Positions 49,176 through 58,222 of a stretch of 64,000 nucleotides of DNA are shown here, one piece after another. The position numbers and the translations under genes were made by a program. The notes below the pieces were generated by a model. The model was given only the letters and a program-made list of their open reading frames with translations. It was not told the DNA's origin and searched no databases. Position 1 is the stretch's first letter. Each line of letters begins with the position of its first letter. This stretch comes from a bacterium (GTDB lineage Bacteria > Electryoneota > Electryoneia > Electryoneales > Electryoneaceae), in assembly GCA_043801585.1 (NCBI GenBank), contig JAZDLX010000200.1, positions 1 through 64,000 of the forward strand. The letters are read 5' to 3'.

Positions 49176-50012
49176 TTGGCACATCTTCTTGAACTGAGCG
49201 ACGCGGAGTTCACCCGGATTCGACAGCTGGTGTATTCCAAGTTTGGAATCAACCTGACCGATCAGAAACGCGCCCTTGTGCTCGGACGGTTGAACAAGGT
49301 ACTCCGTGATAAGGGGTTCAACACCTTCTCGGAGTATTACGACTATGTGACCGATGACACGTCCGGGAAAGCATTATCGACTCTCATCGATCGCATCTCG
49401 ACAAACCACACGTTTTTCTGGCGTGAATCGGATCACTTCGAGTATTTCGCTAACGCTACACTTCCGGATTGGGTGCAGCGGTTGCGCACGATTTCTCAAA
49501 AGAAATTTCGCATCTGGATTGCAGGGAGTTCCTCGGGGGAAGAATCCTACCTCATTGCCATGCTGATGCGAGAAATGCTGGGAAAGGATCTGCCACAATG
49601 GGACGTTGGCATTCTTGCCACGGATATCTCGGTGACTGCCCTCGAAAAAGCGATCCGTGGTGTGTACACCCCGGAAAATGTCAATCATCTTCCCGATAAA
49701 TTGAAAATCAACTACATGCAACAGTTGCCTGATGGCAACTGGGAAGTGAGGGACGAGATCAGGCAGATGGTCGTCTATCGCCGATTGAACCTGATGCGCC
49801 CGGATTTTCCATTCAAAGGATCCTTCCAGGTCGTGTTCTGCAGAAATGTGATGATCTACTTTGACCGCCCCACGAGAGACGCACTGATCAGAAAATTTCA
49901 TGCGTACATGGATAAAGGTGCGACGCTTTTCATCGGCCATTCAGAGACTCTGGGCAGAACGAATTCATTGTTTCAATATATCAAACCTGCGATCTACAGG
50001 AGGATCGGGTAA
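49176..50012 (+). CDS. cheR: Chemotaxis methyltransferase CheR
   Basis: 'STNHTFFWRE..HF', 'RIWIAG.SSGEE.Y', 'ILATDIS', 'FCRNVMIYFD', 'GHSE'. Confidence 0.95.
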   Translation: MAHLLELSDAEFTRIRQLVYSKFGINLTDQKRALVLGRLNKVLRDKGFNTFSEYYDYVTDDTSGKALSTLIDRISTNHTFFWRESDHFEYFANATLPDWVQRLRTISQKKFRIWIAGSSSGEESYLIAMLMREMLGKDLPQWDVGILATDISVTALEKAIRGVYTPENVNHLPDKLKINYMQQLPDGNWEVRDEIRQMVVYRRLNLMRPDFPFKGSFQVVFCRNVMIYFDRPTRDALIRKFHAYMDKGATLFIGHSETLGRTNSLFQYIKPAIYRRIG

Positions 50013-50115
50013 TCGCGGAGAATCGTGTCCGCGTATTGATCGTCAATGATTCCGCCATCGTCTCAGAGAGATTCTCTCTCAGGGACTCTCAAAAGATCCA
50101 GCAATCAAAGTGGTC
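50012..50115 (+). pseudogene. cheB: cheB 5' remnant
   Basis: AGGAGG RBS; start reads ATC (TAATC instead of TAATG); 'RVRVLIVNDSAIV', frameshift, 'EILSQGLSKDPAIKVV', then ends abruptly. Confidence 0.75.
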
Positions 50116-50117
50116 AC

Positions 50118-50769
50118 GAGATTACGTCGATCCAGCGTGCCCTGGTTCACATCGGAGAAACGTTGGTTCTTGGCATTGTCGTCGGTGCAAGCACCGGGGA
50201 ACTTTTTTGAAAAAACACTGGTTGGATATGACGGTCCGGAAGGAGCCATGAGGAAACACTGTCTCCAGGTTGCCTTCGCCGCGCGCGAACTGGCGATGCG
50301 GTCCAAGGGACAGGTGCAGCCCGATCAGGCGTATACGGCGTTCTTCTGATGGACACCGGAATGACCGTGTGATCGGACACCATGGTCGAACACACCGGAG
50401 ATATTATTCACAGAATCGATTTCGTTGAGCACGCGGATTTCACGGATTTCGAGCGTGAAGCGTTGTGGTTCGATCACGCTGAGGCCGGAGGCGAGCTCGC
50501 AAAACGATGGATCATTCCGGAGTCGTTGATCATCGGCATTCAGAATCACCATCATCCATACAAGGCTCCAGAGAAGTATCGCGCCCTGTTGTACACGCTG
50601 CATCTTGCAGACTCGGTTGGCGGGGTTTGGGATCGGGTCCGAATCTCTTTCTTATACGTTGGACGATGGGTACCCAGCCTGCTACCAACTCAACAGCCGG
50701 GACATCTCGGAGTTGATCCTTGTGGTACTGGAAAAGTACTCGAAGGTGGAGCATTCGCTTTTCAGTTAG
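50118..50769 (+). pseudogene. HDOD-domain gene remnant (5' deleted, frameshifted)
   Basis: Fragments in shifting frames: 'EITSIQRALVHIG', 'GYDGPEGAMRKHCLQVA', 'LLMDTG', TGA at 50370, 'DHAEAGGELAKRW..P', 'GFGIGSESLSYTLD...HSLFS*'. Confidence 0.75.
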
Positions 50770-50783
50770 ACAGGACAGGCGAA

Positions 50784-51158
50784 ATGGTCAAAACGGTATT
50801 CATTGTGGATGATTCGGCAACCGCTCGAATGATGATTCGACGCTGGGTGGAGATCGCCGGTTTGCCTGACTTCGCATTCGTCGAGGCTGGAAACGGACAT
50901 CAAGGCCTGGATACGCTGAAAGAGACAAACGTTGATCTGATCTTCACCGATTTGAACATGCCAGAGATGGATGAAAAGGAATTCCTTCACCGTGTGCGCT
51001 TGTTGGAAGGATACAGCGTCGTGCCGGACGTCGTAATCACAAGCACGGGAAACGAGGCGAAGAAGGCGGTGTTTCGGAAGCAAGGGTCGTCCTTCATCCT
51101 TAGTAAACCGATCTCACCAGCAATAATGGCGGACACGTTGCAGCGACTGGAGGTGTAG
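50784..51158 (+). CDS. CheY-like single-domain response regulator (somewhat degenerate)
   Basis: 'IVDDS', 'EAGNG', 'TDLNMPEMD', 'ITS', 'KP'; own ATG after the HDOD stop. Confidence 0.8.
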   Translation: MVKTVFIVDDSATARMMIRRWVEIAGLPDFAFVEAGNGHQGLDTLKETNVDLIFTDLNMPEMDEKEFLHRVRLLEGYSVVPDVVITSTGNEAKKAVFRKQGSSFILSKPISPAIMADTLQRLEV

Positions 51159-51161
51159 TCA

Positions 51162-51680
51162 ATGGTCCTCGAAAAAGCCAACCTTTACAAGGCACTCACG
51201 CAAGCGGTGGCTGAATCTCTTGAATCACTCGCTTTCGTTGAAGCGATTCTGCTGGATGAAAAAACACCACTTTTGCCGGAAGAGCAGGCTCCGAAACCTC
51301 GAACGAGCGTAGCATGGGCACGTACACCGTTTATCAAACCTCTTGAAGGAGAGATTCTGTTGATCATGCCTCCGGAACTTGGACAGATGTTGACGGAAAT
51401 CATATTCGGGGCCATGGGAGAGGAAAAGATCTCGGACGAAGTGATGCTCGACGCCATCGCCGAGACCTCCAACGTCGTCGCCGGAAGAGTGATGAACGGC
51501 TTGATCGGCAATCACACCGAGTTCGAGTTAGGATTGCCAATTCGAGGAATGGGTTCGAGCGACCAAGAGGTCCCCATGCCTCGAGGAACGCTTCACAAAC
51601 TTGATTATACTATCGAAGGTTATACATTTACTGTCATCCTTGGTGCTAAAGGCTTTGAACAGGATCGCAATTCGAAGTAG
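51162..51680 (+). CDS. CheX/CheC-like protein
   Basis: 'DAIAETSNVVAG' ExxN motif; 'FELGLP'. Confidence 0.75.
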   Translation: MVLEKANLYKALTQAVAESLESLAFVEAILLDEKTPLLPEEQAPKPRTSVAWARTPFIKPLEGEILLIMPPELGQMLTEIIFGAMGEEKISDEVMLDAIAETSNVVAGRVMNGLIGNHTEFELGLPIRGMGSSDQEVPMPRGTLHKLDYTIEGYTFTVILGAKGFEQDRNSK

Positions 51681-51692
51681 CGGGAGTGACGC

Positions 51693-52052
51693 ATGAAGAT
51701 TCTTGTGGTTGATGATTCTGCGACGATGCGCCGCATCATTGAAAACAACCTGAAAACATCGGGTTTTGAAGACATTATCCAAGCGGGGAACGGCGTGGAA
51801 GCACTTGCGAACATGGCGGGTATCGATCTTGTTCTAACCGATTGGAATATGCCGGTGATGGACGGGTTGAGCCTGGTCAAGGAGATTCGCGGCAATCCGA
51901 CATTCGCGAATATTCCGATCGTCATGATCACGACAGAAGGTGCAAAAGAAGAGGTCATCGAGGCACTGAAGGAAGGTGTGAACGACTATATCGTCAAACC
52001 GTTCACCAAGCAGGTGCTGCTGGAGAAAATTGAAAAAGTGACCCAAGGCTGA
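51693..52052 (+). CDS. cheY: Chemotaxis response regulator CheY
   Basis: 'LVVDDSATMRRI', 'TDWNMPVMDG', 'MITTE', 'YIVKPF'. Confidence 0.92.
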   Translation: MKILVVDDSATMRRIIENNLKTSGFEDIIQAGNGVEALANMAGIDLVLTDWNMPVMDGLSLVKEIRGNPTFANIPIVMITTEGAKEEVIEALKEGVNDYIVKPFTKQVLLEKIEKVTQG

Positions 52053-52068
52053 GCTTACAGCATCGGAG

Positions 52069-52548
52069 TTGTTTATGGATGTTCGATATATCAATCCTTT
52101 CATCAACGCAACGATCAATACGCTCGAAATGATGACGGGATTGACCCCTGAACCGAAAACACCCTACACCAAGGATAACTTCACAACCCAGGGAGATATC
52201 AGCGGTGTCATCGGTTTCGCGGAAAAAAACATCATCGGATCGGTGATTCTCAGTTTTCCCGAAGAAACCGCGATCATACTTTACAATGCAATGACTGGTG
52301 AAAACATCTTTCGCATCACCCGTGACGTTGAAGACAGCATCGGAGAATTGACGAACATCGTTGCCGGTGGCGCAAAAACCGTTCTCGCTGCCGAAGGCTT
52401 ATCCTTCAACATCTCCATTCCATCCGTTATCGTAGGGAAGAGCCATACGATCACCAGCAAGGTCAACGCGCCCATTATCGTCATTCCATTCCAACTGGAT
52501 CGAATGCGGTTTGTCATGGAAGTGACGATAAAGATTGAAGGGCAGTAG
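52069..52548 (+). CDS. cheX: CheY-P phosphatase CheX
   Basis: 'YINPFI', 'DISGVIG', 'IGELTNIVAG', 'ISIPSVI'. Confidence 0.92.
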   Translation: MFMDVRYINPFINATINTLEMMTGLTPEPKTPYTKDNFTTQGDISGVIGFAEKNIIGSVILSFPEETAIILYNAMTGENIFRITRDVEDSIGELTNIVAGGAKTVLAAEGLSFNISIPSVIVGKSHTITSKVNAPIIVIPFQLDRMRFVMEVTIKIEGQ

Positions 52549-52577
52549 CACTCCCGCCGTAATCCATCTGAATACAG

Positions 52578-52613
52578 AAGCGCCGGGCATCCGATCGTAA
52601 GCCCGGCGCTTTT
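52578..52613 (+). terminator. Terminator after cheX (possibly bidirectional)
   Basis: AAGCGCCGGGC...GCCCGGCGCTT followed by TT. Confidence 0.75.
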
Positions 52614-52626
52614 ATATTGTCGCCGT

Positions 52627-53376
52627 TCATCGATGCAGTGTTTCCCAGCGATCAAGCACACGTTGAAGGTTCTGCACCGCACGTGCCGCGACTGCATCAA
52701 GGAATCGTTCCGCTTTGTCCCGGTCATAGTCCGGGAACCCTTCACCTTCATGTTCCAGGATGATCGGAAAGGGGCCGGGATAAGCGGCGATTGCCGGGTT
52801 CAGGATCCCCGCATCTTCTTTTTTCCACTGGCCATCAGGTGCGGCTTCCGGCCGGATGGCAAGAACGAGTCCCGTCTCCGCGGTGCCTGAATGTCCGCCG
52901 AGTGCTTCATATGCCCCCGGTTCATTCCCGGGAATCTCACGGAACCAGTCGTAGGAGAGGGCGAACGCCCCTCGTTTCCGGTGCAGCTCGAAGGCCGCGG
53001 CTTTGATGCTGTCGATGTTCCCCGAGTGACCGTTGATGAAAAGCAATTCCCTGAAACCGCTGTCCATAAGGCCCGTTCCAATTTCCACGAGCAGCCGGGT
53101 GTAGGTTTCGGGAGTCAAGGTGACCGACCCCGGATACCGGCTGAGCGTTCGCAACGTTCCATAGGCGACAGCGGGTGCGACGAGGGCGTTCAATGCCGGG
53201 GCGATGCGAAGAGCAAGTCCTTCCGGGATCAACGTGTCCGTTCCTACTCCCGCTGCGCCATGCGCCTCTGTCGCTCCGCAGGGAATCATCACCCGATGAA
53301 TCCGTTTCGGAACAAGCTCCCCGATTTCACTCGTCAGCAGTTCTTCCAGCTTCCAGCTTCTTACCGAGCTACTCAT
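52627..53376 (-). CDS. Creatininase-family amidohydrolase
   Basis: 'PCGATEAHG', 'GTD', 'YPGSVTL', 'NGHSGN', 'GHSG..ET'. Confidence 0.9.
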   Translation of the reverse strand: MSSSVRSWKLEELLTSEIGELVPKRIHRVMIPCGATEAHGAAGVGTDTLIPEGLALRIAPALNALVAPAVAYGTLRTLSRYPGSVTLTPETYTRLLVEIGTGLMDSGFRELLFINGHSGNIDSIKAAAFELHRKRGAFALSYDWFREIPGNEPGAYEALGGHSGTAETGLVLAIRPEAAPDGQWKKEDAGILNPAIAAYPGPFPIILEHEGEGFPDYDRDKAERFLDAVAARAVQNLQRVLDRWETLHR

Positions 53377-54451
53377 CTTCCGTCTCCTTGGATACGGGAT
53401 TTGGTCGATTCGACTGTGCAGCCAGCAACACCTTCTCCACCAGCCCGGGAAGCAGTCGCGTCGCATCCGCGAGCAGAAGGGGAGGTGAATCTCCACGGAT
53501 CACGATGACGGCAGGGAGGGAACGAATCCCCAATCCCAGCAGGCGACCGCTCCGAAAGCCGATCTTCTTGACAGTGATATCCAGCCCCCAGTCCAGCGCC
53601 GCTGCTCGCCCTGCGTCCACATTGATCCCCGCAAAACAAAAGGAATGGGGAATCCCGCTGCTGAGAAAATACAAGTCGAGTTCGCGAAGGATGGAGGCTT
53701 CATCATCGCCGCCAACCTCATCCCAGAGAACAACAACACCCACCCTCTCGTCCGTCTGTCCTTTCGGTCTGCACGACCGTGGGACTGAGATTCGTTCAGT
53801 CGACGAGGCGTGTCGTTCTGCGTTTCGCAGGATCAGCTCCACTGACGATTTCTGATACTGCCGCCGGTACGCGTCCCACTGTTCTTCCGGATATTCCTGC
53901 GCCAGGTAGAGTTCTTTCGCACTGGTGAGTAGATCGTTGTTGCCGGTCAGCAGCCATCCTGTCAGCAATGTTCCGAGCGCTTCCGACGGATACTCCTCAT
54001 CTCGAAGGATCGAAGAGAGCAGGAGGTAGGTGTCCGCGGATCCATCAAGATCCACTGCCCTCGCTGCTGCGGCTTCCTCTTCCATACGCTTTTCGGTTCC
54101 AAGCAAGAGGTGCGCGATCCTGAAATGGATCCTGCCTTCCGCACGCTGGACACGGTTTACCCAGCGCAGCCTGTCCCAGGGCTTGCGGGGATGTTTCCTC
54201 CATTTCTCCAGTTTAATGAGCTGAGCATGCAGGGATTCCATCGGGGTTTCATCCGCAATCAGAGAGTCCACCTCGGCTGCAAGTCGAGCGTCATTGGATT
54301 GAACGAGCAGCGTCATCAGGGGATCATCCCGGTCCCTTGCCGATGAAACCGGAGCCGACAACAGGATGGCGGAGAAGAGGAGCAGCGGGAAAAGAAAACG
54401 GAAACGCACCCATGTAGAATGCGGTGCCGGGATGTTGATGTTCGCGAACAT
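53369..54451 (-). CDS. Exported helical-repeat protein with C-terminal thioredoxin-like (TlpA-like) fold lacking CxxC; start uncertain
   Basis: Signal-like 'RFRFLFPLLLFSAILLSAPVSSA'; C-terminal 'VVVLWD...FAGINVD...GIRSLPAVIVI'. Confidence 0.55.
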   Translation of the reverse strand: MFANINIPAPHSTWVRFRFLFPLLLFSAILLSAPVSSARDRDDPLMTLLVQSNDARLAAEVDSLIADETPMESLHAQLIKLEKWRKHPRKPWDRLRWVNRVQRAEGRIHFRIAHLLLGTEKRMEEEAAAARAVDLDGSADTYLLLSSILRDEEYPSEALGTLLTGWLLTGNNDLLTSAKELYLAQEYPEEQWDAYRRQYQKSSVELILRNAERHASSTERISVPRSCRPKGQTDERVGVVVLWDEVGGDDEASILRELDLYFLSSGIPHSFCFAGINVDAGRAAALDWGLDITVKKIGFRSGRLLGLGIRSLPAVIVIRGDSPPLLLADATRLLPGLVEKVLLAAQSNRPNPVSKETEDE

Positions 54452-54879
54452 AGGCGGAAAGTAGAACAGGCCGCTGCTCCAAGGCAAACGATTAGGGCTA
54501 CAAGTTGGCACAAAAAACGGCATGCTTTGGGAAGCATGCCGTAAGCAAGGGCTCCTTTCGGATCGAAAGGAGTTGGCAGCGTGAGTCATTCGCTCAGCTG
54601 ACAAGAAAATAATTGGCATATTCCGTGCCATCCGTATTAGTACTATATATACAAGGAGTTATAGTAAAACGAACGTCAAGAACAAGGGATCATTGGCGGA
54701 AAGATTTGCCTTTTCTCAGCAGGAGATTCCGATTTTCAGCTGTTCGAACACGGATTGATGTGCTTGGGAAGGATGAATGTCGTTCTTTCCCGTGGCATGC
54801 AATTTTCGTATGTTTTTTCGTTCATAGAGTTCACCATCTTCATGAAAAAAGAACCTTTGCGTTTCCACGGAGACGATAC

Positions 54880-56364
54880 ATGGAACATCAGCTCGAAGCA
54901 TGGCTGAAAACCTATCGCGGGGAAGCTGCGATTTCGCCCGCGACCTGGGCGGAACTTCCCAAGGACTGCAAAAGAAAACTCGATAATTATGCTCGGGACG
55001 AGGCGGTTCGGCGCGCGGACGAGTTCGCTCGAGACGGCCATCTCGACCTCGATCGTCAGGATGCCATCCGTCAACTCGTTGATTCTATGGCGCAATGTTG
55101 GATGCTTCCGGGCGAGGAGGCACGTCGTATCGTGGAGGATTTCCTCGACGAATTGCCAGCCAACCCCGGATTTGAGTTTGACAAACTCTCGACGAGGACG
55201 TTTCGCCGCCGTGTGAACGGCACCTGGAAAGATCTCCTGGATAGTTTCGATTTGAAAAAGGAACCGAAAATCATCAGCATCGTCAGCAGGGAGCTGGATG
55301 TCGACAGGAGAAAAAATACGGACCGCACATCCTTCCTTGCAGCCTGGCGGGAAGCCTACGACCACTGGAGTCTGGCAGAGGCGAAAGATGCGGTAAATGA
55401 ACTGATTGACCTTGTCAACGCAGGTGCAACCGGAGCAACGGAAGTTTCATTGCGAGAAATTCTCCCCCTGATCAAGCATCGCGGTGGCGCTTCATGGGCG
55501 AAAGCCCTCGAACTCGAACTGGAAGTTGGAGTGGAAGCAGCAGTTCGAGAAGACCTCATTCGCATGTTGAAACGGTATGCGTTGATCGTTCGCAGGGAGG
55601 GGGCGCTTGCGGAGCCCCCAAAGCCCAGAACGATCAGCGTTGATCTCGGGATTGAAGGGGAAAGCGTTGCTGCTCAGCACGCAACACTCCGCACGGAACC
55701 GGAGGTGGAACCATTGGTCAGCGTCGAGACTGAGCCGGAACCGGAAGAGCCAAAGACACCTGATGTTGAAGAAGAATCCGAGTCCTCTGAAGAGGACGCT
55801 GAAGTGGAGGCCCTCGAACCCGCGGAATCCATTTTTAACCAGCCGAGCGAAGAGGACAGGGAAGCTGCGGAGGAATTGTTCGGCAATGCCGAATCGGAAG
55901 TACAAGCAGTGGAAGAAATCCATCACGCGGTTGACGTTGTTGATGAGGATTCCGAACAAGTAGTTGAGGAAAAAGAATCAGCCGTTTCCCCTGTTGAAGC
56001 ACAGGAGGTAGTGAGCCCTCCGAGCAAAGCTGCGATTCGAGTACCTGAGAAAGAGACTCCAGATGAGCATGAAGGAGCGCGGAAGAAGCGGTTGAAAGAT
56101 GTCTTCTCGCCATCTCCTGTGCGTGATAAGAAAGACCGTTTTGCGGTGATTCGATCCGGTGAGTTTCGTGAGAGGGTAGTCCGGGAGATGTATAGCGGCG
56201 ACGCGACTCTCCTTGATGTCTTCCTTGCCAAGCTGTCAGGCGCACCGGATTGGAACAGGGCGAAGCAGTTTATTGCGAATGAGTTTTTCCGATGCAAGGT
56301 CGATCTTCATTCTGAATTGGGAGAGGAGTTGTTTCTCAAATTGAAGGAGAATTTGAGTGAATGA
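54880..56364 (+). CDS. Hypothetical protein: helical N-domain, long Glu/Pro-rich linker, small helical C-domain
   Basis: GGAG RBS before the ATG at 54880; acidic low-complexity stretch at about 55700-56070; overlaps the next start. Confidence 0.75.
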   Translation: MEHQLEAWLKTYRGEAAISPATWAELPKDCKRKLDNYARDEAVRRADEFARDGHLDLDRQDAIRQLVDSMAQCWMLPGEEARRIVEDFLDELPANPGFEFDKLSTRTFRRRVNGTWKDLLDSFDLKKEPKIISIVSRELDVDRRKNTDRTSFLAAWREAYDHWSLAEAKDAVNELIDLVNAGATGATEVSLREILPLIKHRGGASWAKALELELEVGVEAAVREDLIRMLKRYALIVRREGALAEPPKPRTISVDLGIEGESVAAQHATLRTEPEVEPLVSVETEPEPEEPKTPDVEEESESSEEDAEVEALEPAESIFNQPSEEDREAAEELFGNAESEVQAVEEIHHAVDVVDEDSEQVVEEKESAVSPVEAQEVVSPPSKAAIRVPEKETPDEHEGARKKRLKDVFSPSPVRDKKDRFAVIRSGEFRERVVREMYSGDATLLDVFLAKLSGAPDWNRAKQFIANEFFRCKVDLHSELGEELFLKLKENLSE

Positions 56365-57274
56365 ACACCCAGAACCTTTCGTTGATCCCTCGATTGGAGA
56401 TGTAGAAGAACTTCAAAAACGCGTGCGCTCAACCATCGAGGGAGTGACGGACCTTCCGACACTTCCAGGTGTGGTGATGAAGGTGGTCCAGCTCGCCGCG
56501 GACGAGAACGTGTCTGCGCGGCAGCTGAAGGAAGTTATTGTCACCGATCCTCCGCTGAGTGCGAAAGTCCTGAAAGCAGCGAATTCCGCTTTTTTCGCGA
56601 GGCGTGAAAAGACGGAAAACCTGGACCAGGCGATCGTCACAATCGGTCTGAACGAGCTGATCAATCTCTGTGTTTCCACTGGCATGATCGAGACGCTTGA
56701 GAGCTGGGAAGAGAAACAGCTTCATCGCGCCGACATCTGGAAGCATTCTCTGGCCACCGCCTTCCTGGCGAAGAGTCTCGGTCTGCGAAAGGATATGCAG
56801 CGGCCGGGATCTCCCGATCTGTTTCTCTGCGGGCTGCTGCACAACATCGGATGGATTGTCATCGATCAATTCTTCCGAAGTGAATTGAAAGCCCTGCTGA
56901 AAACAGCCGCCGAAGTGGGAGAGTGGCGTCTCGAATACGAACAGCGCTACCTCGGGTTGAACCACGCGGAAATCGGCGCCCTTTTCCTGAGGAAATGGGG
57001 ATTACCCGATGCCATCGCACATGTGATCGAGTACCACCACACGCCTGACAACACGAAAGAACATGCTGCGGAAGCGGCGTTGATCGGACTCGCTGCGACC
57101 TTGTCTCCCTTCGAGTTTTTCCCCAACATCCATGTCAACACGATCAGCGATCACATCCCACACCTTTTGCAGCACACCGAGGGGGAAGCCGCCATACGAG
57201 AAATGCGGCAGCGGTATGAAGCAAACATTAAACAGGCGAAGGTGATGACGGAACGGATGATGTCCTGGCTGTAG
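56357..57274 (+). CDS. HDOD-domain protein
   Basis: 'LPTLP', 'DPPLSAKVLKAANSAFF', 'WKHS', 'GLLHNIG', 'HAEIGA...WGLP', 'YHHTP'. Confidence 0.93.
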   Translation: MNEHPEPFVDPSIGDVEELQKRVRSTIEGVTDLPTLPGVVMKVVQLAADENVSARQLKEVIVTDPPLSAKVLKAANSAFFARREKTENLDQAIVTIGLNELINLCVSTGMIETLESWEEKQLHRADIWKHSLATAFLAKSLGLRKDMQRPGSPDLFLCGLLHNIGWIVIDQFFRSELKALLKTAAEVGEWRLEYEQRYLGLNHAEIGALFLRKWGLPDAIAHVIEYHHTPDNTKEHAAEAALIGLAATLSPFEFFPNIHVNTISDHIPHLLQHTEGEAAIREMRQRYEANIKQAKVMTERMMSWL

Positions 57275-57308
57275 GTCCTGTTGCCGGGAGACCCGGTCTG
57301 TCGTTTGC

Positions 57309-57337
57309 TTGACAAGATTCTCGATCGCCTCTATATT
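57309..57337 (+). promoter_or_regulatory. Sigma70 promoter of tRNA-Leu
   Basis: TTGACA-N17-TATATT followed by a GC-rich discriminator. Confidence 0.8.
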
Positions 57338-57358
57338 TGCCGTCCGCATTACTGTTGC

Positions 57359-57442
57359 GCCGGAGTGGTGGAATTGGTAGACGCGCTGGTTTCAGGGACC
57401 AGTGTCCTTCGGGACGTGAGGGTTCGAGTCCCTCCTTCGGCA
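57359..57442 (+). tRNA. tRNA-Leu(CAG), CCA not encoded
   Basis: Acceptor GCCGGAG/CTTCGGC; D-loop 'AATTGGTAGA'; anticodon arm CTGGT-TTCAGGG-ACCAG; long variable arm GTCC-TTCG-GGAC; T-loop GTTCGAGTC. Confidence 0.97.
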
Positions 57443-57588
57443 CCCGCAGCGCCTTTCCAGAGGATGGAATGGCGTTTTGTTCTTTTTGTAGTACCTCGAG
57501 AGTCATCACTCGCCAACTTCCCTTGTGTCAACCTTCAGACGGACATAGTTTACCGAACGTTTGAACAATTCATTCGAATGGTAGATAT

Positions 57589-58179
57589 ATGGCGAAAGAG
57601 GAACGCATTCAGGAACTGATCGATGCAGCGCGTGATCTATTCCTGCGTTTTGGTTACAAGAAGGCGACGCTTGACGATCTGGCGGACATCGTCGGGATGA
57701 CGAAAAGTTCGCTTTACCACTATTTCAAAAGTAAAGAAGATCTGTTCAGGAAAGTCGCAACCGAGCTGTTTCACCGTGACCTGACATTGATGGAACAGAC
57801 ACTCGCGAATTCGACGACTGTCAACGAAGCACTCGTCAAACTGCAAAAACGAATGCGGGAACGGGTGGCCCAAGTCGATCCGAATGCGACCGAATTGATC
57901 GGCGAGATGAACAGCATCTATCCACTGGTCCGCAATTCCTATGAGAAAACTCATGCTCAGTTCATTGAACTCTTGAAGTCCCGGCTCGATCGAGCGGTCG
58001 AAGAAGGTGAATTGCGCCCATTAGAGACAAGGGAGTTCGCGATAATTCTGCTGATGCTGCTGAAGAATTCCCTTATTTTCCGCAGCAAAATGAAAGCGAT
58101 GCACGAGATAGCGGTGAACTGGGAACACTATGTCGATGTTCTTCTTGCTCCTTACCGCCTGCGTCCAGTTTCAAGGTGA
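57589..58179 (+). CDS. TetR/AcrR-family regulator
   Basis: 'AARDLF..FGYKKATLDDLA..VGMTKSSLYHYFKSKEDLF'. Confidence 0.95.
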   Translation: MAKEERIQELIDAARDLFLRFGYKKATLDDLADIVGMTKSSLYHYFKSKEDLFRKVATELFHRDLTLMEQTLANSTTVNEALVKLQKRMRERVAQVDPNATELIGEMNSIYPLVRNSYEKTHAQFIELLKSRLDRAVEEGELRPLETREFAIILLMLLKNSLIFRSKMKAMHEIAVNWEHYVDVLLAPYRLRPVSR

Positions 58180-58222
58180 TGACAAACTGTTAAACATTTA
58201 CGATAAGGGTTGTGAGACGCAC

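Noticed and set aside
50382..51158. Apparent HDOD-receiver fusion ORF (258 aa)
   Set aside because: A frameshift near 50620 bypasses the HDOD gene's own TAG (50767-50769). The receiver has its own ATG at 50784.
54506..54522. Second sigma54-like site TGGCACAAAAAACGGC
   Set aside because: GG-to-GC spacing is 11 rather than the required 10.
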